From Chiloscyllium plagiosum (lineage: Eukaryota), in the NCBI RefSeq assembly GCF_004010195.1, contig NC_057719.1, forward strand, positions 2,409,165-2,473,164: 64,000 nucleotides of DNA, in the 5' to 3' direction. Every line of letters starts with the position of its first letter. Positions within the stretch are counted from its first letter, which is position 1. The notes under the pieces are model-generated. The model saw only the letters and a list, made by a program, of their open reading frames with translations, had not been told where the DNA came from and searched no databases. The position numbers and the translations under genes were made by a program. This document shows, piece after piece, positions 52,870-64,000 of this stretch.

Positions 52870-53270
52870 AGAACTTCAAAACTAGGAGCAGGCATAGACA
52901 GTTCAGCTCCTGAGCCTGCTCTGTCATTTAATACGATCATGGCTGACCTCATCTCGGCCTCAACTCCACTTTCCTACCTGCTGTCCATAACTCTTCAATC
53001 CTTTACTAATTAAAAATCTATCTCCTCCTTAACTTACTCAAAGTCCCAATATCTCCAGCACTATGGGGGAGTGAACTCCACAGATTTATGACCTTTCGAG
53101 AGCAGTAATCTCTTCTCATCTCACTTTTAAGCCTGCCACCCCTGCTTCTAAAACGATCACCTGTCAATCTAGATTGTCCCACGTGAGGAAACAGCCTCTC
53201 TGCAACTACTTTGTCAGCCCTCTTTCGCATCTTATAGACCTCGATTAGATCTCCACTCATTCTTCCAAAA
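52870..53270 (-). mobile_element. older CR1 3' end nested in another LINE 3' end
   Basis: GRMSGDLIEVYKM...RLFPHVGQSRLTG...LWSSLP. Confidence 0.8.
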
Positions 53271-53728
53271 CCTTGGAATTTCCTCCCTAAGGGCATTGTG
53301 GATAAACCTCTAGCACAGGGATGGCAGCAATTCCTGAATGTGAAGGTGTTGGACTGAGGTGCAAAAGGTCAGGAATCACACAACACCCGGTTAAGAGTCC
53401 ACGGGTTTGTTTGAACACACAAGCTTTCAGAGCACCGTTCCTCTGTCAGCTGATGAAGAGGCAGCGCTCCGAAAGCTTGTGATTTCAAATAAACCTGTTA
53501 GGCTATAACCTAGTATCTTTTGAATTCTGACAGTCAATAAATGCAGGTCCATGGGTGAATGAAAACAAATCTCATTTAAAGTTGACATCTCGAGTGTCGC
53601 TGATTTAACCACCTCACTGCAGGTGCTCTGCCCTCATCCCCAGCTCGTCAGCTCTGAAATTCCCAAACTGAACCTCTCCAACTTTCCAGCTGTCCCACTT
53701 CCTTTAACACGCTTTTTCCAACCTATTT

Positions 53729-53806
53729 TGCGCTTCGGCGGGTTGGTGTGGACTTGTTGGGCCGAAGGGCCTGTTTCCACACTGTAAGTAATCTAATCTA
53801 ATCAAA
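53729..53806 (+). mobile_element. 5'-truncated SINE tail flanked by a 49-bp direct repeat
   Basis: Identical 49-mers at 53680-53728 and 53807-53855. Confidence 0.85.
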
Positions 53807-53904
53807 AACTTTCCAGCTGTCCCACTTCCTTTAACACGCTTTTTCCAACCTATTTCCTTAACCAAGTCAATGGTCTTTAGCTTGATGTCAGGTATTGTCC
53901 AATG

Positions 53905-55345
53905 ATGTTGGAGGCCTGTGACCAGCGGCATGCCACAAGCATTAGTGCTGGGTCCACTACTTTTTGTCATTAACATAAATGATGTGGGTGTGAACATAGG
54001 GGATATAGTTAGTAAGTTTGCAGATTACACCAAAATTGGAGGTGTAGTGGATAAGGTTACCACAGAATCTTGATCAGATGGACCAATGGGCTGAGGAGTG
54101 GCAGATGGAGTTTAGATAAGATTTCTTACAGTGTGGAAACAGGCCTTTCGGCCCAACAAGTCCACACTGATCCTCCGAAGAGCAACACACCCATTCCCTT
54201 ACATTTACCCCTTTGCCTAACACTATGGGCAATTTAGCATGGCCAATTCACCTAACCTGCACTTTTTTGGACTGTGGGAGGAAACCCACGCAGACACGGG
54301 GAGAATGTGCAAACTCCACACAGTCAGTCGCCTGAGGTGGGAATTGAACCCGGGTCTCTGGCGCTGTGAGGCAGCAGTGCTAACCACTATGCCGCCCACT
54401 GCCACCGTGCCGCCCATGGAGTTTAATTCAGATAAATGTGAGGTGCTGCATTTTGGAAAGGCATATCAGGGCAGGACTTATACACTTAATAGTAAGGTCC
54501 TATGGAGTGTTGCTGAACAAAGAGACCTTGGAGTGTGGGTTCATAGCTCCTTGAAAGTGGAGTCGCAGGTAGATAGGATAGTGAAGAAGGCGTTTGATAT
54601 ATTTTCCTTTATTGGTCAGAGTATTGAGTGCAGGAGTTGGGAGGTCATATTGCAGCTGCACAGGACATTAATTAGGCCACTTTTGGTATACTGTGTGCAA
54701 TTTTGGTTTCCTTCCTATCAGAAGGATATTGTGAAAGTTGAAATGTTTCAGAAAAGATTTACAAGGATGTTACCGGGGTTGGAGGGTTTGAGCTATAGGG
54801 AGAGGCTGAACAGGCTGGGCCCTGGAGTGTCGGAGGCTGAAGGGTGACATTATGGAGGTTTATAGAATCATGAGGAGCATGGATAGGATAAAATTGTGAA
54901 AGTTGAAATGTTTCAGAAAAGATTTACAAGGATGTTACCGGGGTTGGAGGGTTTGAGCTATAGGGAGAGGCTGAACAGGCTGGGGCTGTTTTCCCTGGAG
55001 CGTCGGAGGCTGAGGGGTGACCTTATAGAGGGGCATGGATATGGTAAGTATGCAAGGACTCCCCCTGGGGTGGGGGAGTCCAGAACTGGAGGTCACAGGT
55101 TTAAGGTGAGAGGGGAAAGATTTAAAAGGGACCTAAGGGGCAACTTTTTCACACAGAGGGTGGTGTGTGTATGGAATGAGCTGCCAGAGGAAGTGGTGGA
55201 GGCTGGTATAATTACAACATTTAAAAGGCATCTGGATGGGTATATGAATAGGAAGGGTTTGGAGGGATATGGACCAAGTGCTGGAAAATTGGACTAGATT
55301 AATTTAGGATATCTGGTTAGTGTGGACGAGTTGGGTGTGTTTCTG
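53905..55345 (+). mobile_element. CR1 LINE RT to 3' end with a nested antisense SINE (54112-54414) and an internal duplication
   Basis: MEFNSDKCEVLHFG...QKRFTRMLPG (twice)...GYGPSAGKLD*; SINE TSD atggagttta. Confidence 0.93.
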
Positions 55346-57574
55346 AACTGTATATCTCTATGACTCATTGATCCTGTGCAGTGCCTTGGGACAACTTTCT
55401 ATGTTACTGGTGCTATGTAAATGCAGATTATTGTTGGTGGCACTGTGCTTTGCGTGGTTTGCTGCAGTGTCAGCCCCCTCCCAGTAGCGCAGTGAGCTGT
55501 ACTTGCTGGATTGATGGTGTGTCTGCAGCCTCAGAGGTACCACCTTTACACTGGGGAACATGGGCAGCCACAAAATCCGGCTTGGACCTTCAGAGATGCC
55601 AGTGTTTGAAGATGAGCAGGAGGTTGGCAGGAAGTTTTGGAATGTCCGGGGAGAAACGATTCTCTATGATGAAGGCCATCTGGAACTGCCCACCCATCCC
55701 AGAGTTCCTCCTCTGTGGCTAATGACTCTTGAGGACTGTGTGGTTATCTACATAACCACAACTACGTCATTATGTGGGGAACTTTGAGATCTTGCTCTGG
55801 CATGTGATACACAATGTCGAAGCAAAGCCTTGTCTTTTCCACTACTAATCATTATCTCCAACAGTATGAGCTGAAATGACCTTATTGAACTCAATACGGT
55901 TACTCAGGTTCTATATCGAGTACAATTTTTGGGGAGGCTATTGAACTATTGGCAAAAATTTGAGTTTGCTTTGTAGTGGGAAACTATGATAAACCAATCC
56001 CTAACACACAGTTTTGTCCCATTTCTAATGAGGGTCTGTAATTAGAAGTTGTGGGATTATGATAACAATCATTTTACCACCAAGTGGCTGAGTGTTTAAT
56101 GAACCTTATCTCACAACAGAGGCAAGGCCAGCTTTATAAAAATGTGTAAGTGCATCAATATGTAAACAGGTAAACATGTAAATATAAATTAGGACAAATT
56201 CAGCCCCTCGAACCTGCTGTACCACTAAATAAGATCACAGCTGTTCCAATTACTCCACACTCCTGCCCTCGATAACCTTTCACCCTCCGTCTTATCATAA
56301 ATCTATTCCTTAAAAATATTCAAAGGCTCCGATTCCGCTGCCCTTTGGGGAAGAGAGTTTCTGTGAGAAACTTTTCCCCACATCTTTGTCTTAAGAGATT
56401 GACCCCTAATTCTAGATTCTCCCACGAGAGGAAATATGCTCTGCATATCTGCCCAGTCAAAACCGTTCAGGATCTTATACGTAGCCATCAGGTTGACTGG
56501 TATGCCTCAAAACTCCAGTGGATACAAGCCCATCCTGTCTCTCCTTTCTTAATGAGACAATGTACCCATCCCAGACATCGGTCTGGAAGACCTTCCCTGA
56601 ACTGCGTCCAATGTTCGACTCCTTAAAGAAGGAGATGGATATTCTCCATGCCACTCCAGATCCTTGGATAACCTGAAAGAACTGCTGCAGTTCTCACAGA
56701 GGTACCTATGCAAGATCTTTCAAATCCAGGGTCAAGGCAGATGATCCTCTACTAAGTCAAGATCTGAAAGTTCAAAGTGTAAAACACTCAAACACTACCA
56801 GGTCATTCATGTCCTCTCAGTGTTAGTGCTCCACAAAAGCACCAGCAGGAATAAGTCCCAGGAGGACAGGGAAATTCTTTAGGGAGGTCTTCAAAACCCC
56901 CTGATGTGGTCAATAACCCCACTGACTCATGGGAGACCCAGTCTTGAGACAGAACCAAACCGGAGAATGTTGATCAGATCAGACAGGAACAAGGTGTGAA
57001 AGGAAGAGTAGAAACCTTTCAATATCTCATCTACCTGATCCTTCAAGCATCACCTGCCCAAAGTGTGACAAGGTCTGCAGATTGGATGTTGGACTTAAGA
57101 ATCATCCAGAGACCTACTGAACCCGAGAGAACTCTCCATCCAGAAAGCCTGTCTAAAGGGAACGTTGACCCACAATGCCCTTAGGGAGGGAATTCCAGGA
57201 TTCTGACCCAGTGACACTGAAGGAACGGTGATATATTTCCAAGTCAGGATGGTGAGGGGCTTGGAGGACAACTTGCAGGGGGTGGTGTTCCCATGTGTCT
57301 GCTGCCCTTGTCCTTCTAGATGGATGGTCCTGGGTTTGGAAGGTGCTGTCTGAGGATTTTTGAAGAATTTCTGCAGTGCATCTTGTAGATGGTACACACT
57401 GCTGTTACTGAGCGCCGGTGGTGGAGGGAGTGGGTGTTTGTGGATGTGNNNNNNNNNNNNNNNNNNNNNNNNNNNNNNNNNNNAAAATGGGGTCATGGGT
57501 GGAGTGGGGCAGAATGAGGTGAGGGACAGAATGGTGGCTGCCCTCCACCGCACCTTGCAGTGTCTATATATAGG

Positions 57575-57930
57575 GGAAAGTGAGGACTGCAGATGCTGGA
57601 GATCAGTGCTGGAAAAGCACAGCAGGTCAGGCAGCATCCGAGGAGCAGGAGAATCGATGTTTCGGGCAAAAGGCCTCCATCAGGAATGAGGTTCGTGTGC
57701 CATGAGGGGCTGAGAGATAAATGGGTGGGTTTGGGGGGAAGGCAGCTGGGAAAGCGATAGGGAGATGGAGATGGGGTGGGGAAGAAGGTGATAGGTCAGA
57801 GAGGATGGTGGAGTAGCTAGATGGGAAAGATGATGGACAGGTCAGGAGGATGGTGCTGAGTTGGACGCTTGGGACTGGGATAAGTTGGGGGGGGAGGGGA
57901 AATGAGGAAGCTGTTGAAATCCACATTGAT
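57575..57930 (-). mobile_element. Penelope-type terminal repeat with a degenerate hammerhead
   Basis: Minus strand ttcctgatggaggccttttgcccgaaacatcgattc. Confidence 0.7.
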
Positions 57931-58702
57931 CCGGTTGCAGGGTCATTCATCCAGGTGATATCTATTTCCGGAAGATTGGTCACGTTGCAGAGAGCATACA
58001 GGCTCTGGGATAAATGTCACACAGATGTTGGGTCCTCATGATGGCATGTTCAGGTTCTCTCGACATGAGTTCACATGATGTCAGCTGGTCTTTGTGATAA
58101 ATGAGGCTGTGCAGGTTTGAAAGCAATGCAGTGAGTAACTGTTTCCGAGAGTTGATTTGGTGAAGCTGACACTAACACAGTGTTTCCTATCCAACAGTAC
58201 TCTGCCACGTCCTGCGTCGCACTCTCTGAAGCCGGTTTGATCATGAGAGGACAGTAATCAGAGAGACTCCCTGTCGATTACCTTCTGCGCAAAACATTGC
58301 TTTGAAAAGGTAAATGCTTCACTTTGTTTTGTTCCATCTCTGTTGGAGGTATTTTGGACTCGGCAGAGTCTGTCTAATGTATTGTCTGATTTACTGCAAG
58401 TGTTTAGTGGAGGAGTGAGCTCAGTCTGGGTGCTGTGGGTCTCTCAGCAACACGTGCAGTGAACAGGATACTCCGAGATAGACAGAGAGACAGAGGAAAG
58501 CGGAGCACGGGGAGCAGGAGTAGAAATTAAAGAGGATCAGGTGGAAAGGGGGAATGAAAGAGTAAGTGAAAGAGAGAAGTGAAGGGAGACTGAGAGAGAA
58601 AAGGGGAAGAGGACTGACAGAGACATGTGTTGCGGAGAGGATGGAAAATAATAGTCTCTGTTTTCATTGATGACATTAGCGGCACGATTGAACAAGGGAA
58701 CA

Positions 58703-58939
58703 GGTGGCACAGTGGTTAGCACTGCTGCCTCACAGTGCCAGAGACCCGGGTTCAATTCCCGCCTCAGGCGACTGACTGTGTGGAGTTTGCACGTTCTCCC
58801 CGTGTCTGTGTGGGTTTCCTCCAGGTGCTCCGGTTTCCTCCCACAGTCCAAAGATGTGCAGGTTAGGTGAATTGGCCATGCTAAATTGCCCCTAGTGTTA
58901 GGTAAGGGGTAAATGTAGGGGTATGGGTGGGTTGCGCTT
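58703..58939 (+). mobile_element. HE1-like V-SINE running into a gap
   Basis: Head and V domain. Confidence 0.9.
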
Positions 58940-60197
58940 NNNNNNNNNNNNNNNNNNNNNNNNNNNNNNNNNNNNNNNNNNNNNNNNNNNNNNNNNNNNN
59001 NNNNNNNNNNNNNNNNNNNNNNNNNNNNNNNNNNNNNNNNNNNNNNNNNNNNNNNNNNNNNNNNNNNNNNNNNNNNNNNNNNNNNNNNNNNNATCCCCTC
59101 CCCCTCGCCCAGTAACCGCCCTCCCCGAGTAACACCCCCTCCCCAGGTCCCCCCTGGCCCCCGTAATTCGCAGAGGGTGGATATGAGGGTGCAGGACTTT
59201 GTAAGGCCCGTGTAACTGCTTCCTTCCCACCTGCTGAGCTACCTGTTGTCCTGGGGAGTCCGGTCCCCGAGGACCTGAAAGTGGGGCTGAGGTTAGCTGT
59301 GGGTCAGCGCTCTTTCATCGCTGAGTCAGAATGTGAGGAGTTGGAACCCTGTCTCTGAGCACTGGGGTCTCTGAAGAGAGTGCTGCACTTTCAGGGGAGC
59401 TCGCTCAGCTGTCCAACCTATCTGCCCTCACCAGGAATCCCACTGTACTGTCCCAAACAACAGCAGGACTATGCTTTGTGTACTTTGTGGGGTCTTTGCG
59501 TGTGCAATGTGGTGATCGGTGTATGGACTATCAGAGCAGCTACATGTGAAGCTTACAGGGAACATGATAGACTGAGCTGAAGGGACTGTCACAAGACACA
59601 TGTCCCTCTGAGCCTGGTGAGGGTCACTAATCCTCACCCTGCCACACTTTGGAGGCTTCGGTGAAGGGATCATCGAGATCAGAAGAGCACAGACTTCACA
59701 TCAAATAATCAGTGTGCTTGGGAATAAAGGTTAAAATAATACAAAATTAAAACATGCAAAACACAGGAAAACAGAAATAAGGAAGCAAGTCAGAAGCAAA
59801 ATTTTTTAACTCTCTTGAGTTACAAATACATTTTGCTTATTGCTCAACAGAATGAAGACCGACTCACAAGGTCATCCTGTCATATTGAGATGTTCTGTAT
59901 GAGCCAGAGAATGTGGGAAGTGACATTCTGCGACTTTAAGGCTGAGATTGTAAATACAGTAAATGGGAATAATTGCACGATCATTTCATAAAGCAGACTT
60001 TAAAAAACACAAGCAGAGCATTCAGGTCTGTGCTGGTAGAACATGGAACAGTACAGAGCAGGACAGGCCCTTCGGCCCTCGATGTTGCGGCCCTTGAGTG
60101 CCAACACTCAGCACGAGATTCCACCCACACCTCTTCTTCTCAATTCTAGAGACCTGGATTTGAATCCCAGATGGTGATGTTTTGAATTTCGTTCAAA

Positions 60198-60383
60198 ACT
60201 GACATGGGGAGTATGTGCAAACAAACCCACACTGACACGGGGAGTATGTGCAAACAAACCCGCACTGACACGGGGAGTATGTGCAAACAAACCTGCACTG
60301 ACACGGGGAGTATGTGCAAACAAACCCACACTGACACGGGGAGTATGTGCAAACAAACCTGCACTGACACGGGGAGTATGTGG
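60198..60383 (-). repeat. 33-bp SINE-derived tandem repeat, ~5.5 copies, inverted
   Basis: Reverse complement of the unit in 60511-60812. Confidence 0.9.
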
Positions 60384-60422
60384 AATTAAAGGCTGGTTGA
60401 ATGATTACCATCATTGCTTGTA

Positions 60423-60995
60423 GGGCGGCATGGTATCTCAGTGGTTAGCACTGCTGCCTCACAGTGCCAGGGACCTGGGTTTGATTCCGTCCTCGGGCGA
60501 CTGTCTGTGTGGAGTTTGCACATACTCCCCGTGTCAGTGTGGGTTTGTTTGCACATACTCCCCGGGTCAGTGTGGGTTTGTTTGCACATACTCCCCGTGT
60601 CAGTGTGGGTTTGTTTGCACATACTCCCCGTGTCAGTGCGGGTTTGTTTGCACATACTCCCCGTGTCAGTGCAGGTTTGTTTGCACATACTCCCCGTGTC
60701 AGTGCAGGTTTGTTTGCACATACTCCCCGTGTCAGTGCGGGTTTGTTTACACATACTCCCCGTGTCAGTGCGGGTTTGTTTGCACATACTCTCCGTGTCA
60801 GTGCGGGTTTGTTCAGGTTTCCTCCCATGATCCAAAGACGTGCACATTGGGGTAGATAAGCCCATAGGTGTATAGGTTAGATATTTAGTCAGGGGGAAGT
60901 GTAGAGCAATAGGGGAGGGAAATGGGTCTGGGTGGGTGGGAAGGGGTCAGTGTGTACTTGTTGGGCCAAATGGCCTGTCCCCGCAGTGTCGGGAT
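60423..60995 (+). mobile_element. HE1-like V-SINE with an internal 33-bp expansion (~9 copies)
   Basis: ttgcacatactccccgtgtcagtg(t/c)gggtttgt repeated over 60511-60812. Confidence 0.9.
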
Positions 60996-61469
60996 AGCAG
61001 TGCTAACCACTGTGCTGCTTGGTTTATAATGATGGCCTGTTGTTTTGGGAAGTGGAAATGTTTTCTCTATGCATACTACTATCGAATTTCCTCATAACTT
61101 TAAAAGACTAGATTACCCATTTGCCTTCTGTTTTGTAAAGAGAAGGGCTCTACCCAGCTCAGTCTTTATTGACAATTAGAACATTTAATTGCATCGTTGT
61201 ATTCGGGGATCAATGTTGTAAATCCATCGAGCAGTTTCTCCATTCAAATATGCAGACCAGAGTATGCACAATACTCCAAATGTAATTGGACTGAGGGTTG
61301 ATCCAAATTCACCTGAACTATGGTATGGGGCTTAGACCAGCTCCCCCCATCACCTTCCTGACAGCAACTAGGGAAAGGCATCAGATGTTGGTCTTATCAA
61401 TTACACCACAGCCTGTGAATGACAACAATACTGTGTATCTGTGGGGATGAGATTAAACCAGTAAACCAT

Positions 61470-61760
61470 CCGGGATAAGGTAGGAATGTGGCTCTGGGAT
61501 AAGGCAGGAATGTGGCTCTGGGGCAGGAATGTGGCTCTGGGACAAGGCAGGAATGTGGCTCTGGGGCAGGAATATGGCTCCGGGATAAGGCAGAAATGTG
61601 GCTCTGGGATAAGGCAAGAATGTGGCTCTGGAGTAAGGCAGGAATGTGGCTCTGGGGCAGGAATGTGGCTCTGGGATAAGGTAGAAATATGCTCCAGGGC
61701 CGGCAGGAATGTGGCTCTGGAATAGGCAGGAATGTGACTCCAGGATAAGGCAGGAATGTG
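61470..61760 (+). repeat. 24/19-bp minisatellite
   Basis: ggcaggaatgtggctctgg(gataa) units. Confidence 0.88.
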
Positions 61761-61869
61761 GACAATTGGCTCAGACTGCCCAGGTGAAACTGGATGGACC
61801 ACCTGGCACGACCTTGGAACTGGAAAAGACAACGGCAAAAACAGAAACAGCCCTGTAGACCCTGTGAAA

Positions 61870-64000
61870 GTACTCCTCACTAACATCTGGGAGCTAGTGC
61901 TGAAACTGGGGGAGCTGTCTCCCAGCCTGACATAGCCACTCTTATGGAATCATACCTTATAGATAATACCTCAAACACCACATCATCATCCCTGGACATG
62001 TCCTGTCCCACCGGCAGAGGTGGTGGCACAGTGGGATACAGTCAGGAGGGAGGTGCTCTGGGAGTCCCTAACATTGACTCCGGACCCCATGAAGTCTCAT
62101 GGCTTCAGGTTAAACACAGGCACGGAAACCTCTTACTGGTTACCACATACCGTCCTCCCTCGGCTGATGGGTCAGTACTCCTCCATGTTGAACAACACTT
62201 GGAGGGAGCACTGAGGGTGGAAAGGGCACAAAATGTACTGTGGGAGGAGGATTTCAATGTCCATCACCAAGAGTGGCTCAGCAGCAGCATTACTGATCGA
62301 ACTGGCCAGGTCCTAAAGGACATAACTGCGAGACTGAGTCTGCGGCAGGTGGGGAGGGAACCAACAAGAGGGCAAAACATACTTCACCTCATCCTTGCTA
62401 ATCTGCCAGCTGCAGATGAATCTGTCCATGCCAGTATTGGTAAGAGTGACCACCGCACAGTCCTTGTGGAGACAAAGTCCCTTCACATTGAGAATACCCT
62501 CCATTGTATTGTGTGGCACTATCACCGTGCTAAGTGGGACAGACATCAAACCGATCTAGCAACTCAAGACTGGGCATCTATGAGGTGCTATGGACCATCA
62601 CCAGCAGCAGAACTCTATTCCAGCACAGTCTGTAACCTTATGGCCAGTCATATCTCCCACTCAACCATTACCATCAAGGCAGGGGATCAACCCTGGTTCA
62701 GTGGAGAGTGCAGGAGGGCATGCCAGGAGCAGCACCAGGTATACCTGAAGATGAGGCATCAACCTGGGGAAACCACCAATCAGGACTACTTGCATACCCA
62801 ACAGGATAAACAGTAAATGATAGACAGAGCTAAGTGATCCCACAACCAATGAATCCGAACTAAGCTCTGCAGTCCTTCCACATCCAGTTGTGAATGGTGG
62901 TGGGTGATTAAACAACCCAATGGAGGAGGAGGCTCCACAAATATCCCCCTCCTCAATTATCGAGGAGCCCAGCACATCAGGGCAAAAGATAGGGCTGAAG
63001 CTTTCACAGCAATCTTCAGTCAGAAGTGCCGAGTCGATGATCCACCTCAGCCTCCTCCAGCGTTACAGATACCAGTCTCCAGCCAATTCGATTGACTCCT
63101 CATGATATCAAGAAACAGCTGGAGGCACTCAATACAGCAAAGACTATGGGCCCTGATAACATCTCGGCAATAGTACTGAAGACGTGTGCTCCAGAACTCA
63201 CCGCTCCCCTAGCCAAACTCTTCCAGTTACAACACTCGCATCTACCCGACAATGTGGAAAATTGCCCAGGTATGTCCTGTATATAAACAGCAGGACACAT
63301 CCAAGCCATCCAATTACCATCCCATCAGTCTACTCTCCATCATCAGGAAAGTGATGGAAGGGGTCACCAACAGTGCTATCAAGCAGCACCTGCTCAGCAA
63401 TAACCTGCTCAGTGACACCCAGTTTGGGTTCTGCCAGGGCCACTCAGCTCCTGACCTCATTACAGCCTTGGGTCAAACATGGACAAAAGAGCTGGATTCC
63501 AGACGGGAGGGGAGAGGGACAGCTCCTGATATCAAGGCCACATTCACCTGCGTGCAGCATCAAGGAGCCCTGGCAAAACTGGAATCAGTGGGTATCAGCC
63601 CTCTCTGCTGGTTGGAGTCACACCAAGAATGTGGATGTGGTTGTTGGAGGTCACTCATCTCAGTTCCAGGATACCTGTGTGGGAGTTCCTCGGGGTAGTG
63701 TCCAAGACCCAATCACCTTCAGGTGCTTCATCAATGACCTTTCTTCCATCATAATGCTCACCGATGATTGCACAATGTTCAGCACCACTCAGATACTGAA
63801 GCAGTCCCTGCTCAAATGCAACAAGATCTGGGCAATATCCAGGCTTGGGCTGACAAGTGGCAATTAACATTCACATCACACAAATGCCAGGCTATGATCA
63901 TCACCAATAAGAGACACTCTAACCACTGCCCCTTGACATTCAATGGTATGACCATCACTGAATCCCCTACTGTCAGCATCCTTGGGGTTACCATTGACCA
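61870..64000 (+). mobile_element. L2/CR1-group LINE ORF2 (APE + RT), decayed, running off the window
   Basis: TTYRPPSAD, DFNVHH, EPTRGQNILHLIL, SDHRTVLV (APE); KTMGPDNIS, NYHPISLLSII, GVPRGSVQDP, TDD (RT); stops and frameshifts. Confidence 0.92.

Noticed and set aside
60386..60865. Cys-rich 11-aa repeat ORFs
   Set aside because: Artefact of a 33-bp SINE-derived repeat that is open in several frames
61944..62816. 290-aa ORF as a host gene
   Set aside because: LINE APE endonuclease remnant followed by stops and frameshifts

Overview
Repeat-saturated vertebrate genomic DNA, most likely shark/elasmobranch (inferred from HE1-like V-SINEs and their HER1/CR1 LINE partner), with several assembly gaps. 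I recognised no host protein-coding gene; the ORFs I could assign are decayed retroelement pieces or tandem-repeat artefacts. Contents: many CR1 LINE fragments, an L2/CR1-group LINE, a Rex1/Babar LINE in two oppositely oriented pieces, Penelope-like elements (RT + GIY-YIG), more than 12 V-SINEs, Deu-domain SINE remnants and minisatellites of 24-70 bp, several visibly derived from retroelement sequence. Non-coding RNA signals: a tRNA-Trp(CCA) fused to a SINE and inserted inside a LINE, a 5S rRNA pseudogene, and over a dozen minimal hammerhead-ribozyme motifs in two Penelope-type families. Several hammerheads sit in 90-170 bp TSD-flanked mini-insertions that start almost exactly at the ribozyme core. 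Coordinates were read by eye and family names come from recalled motifs, not database searches.
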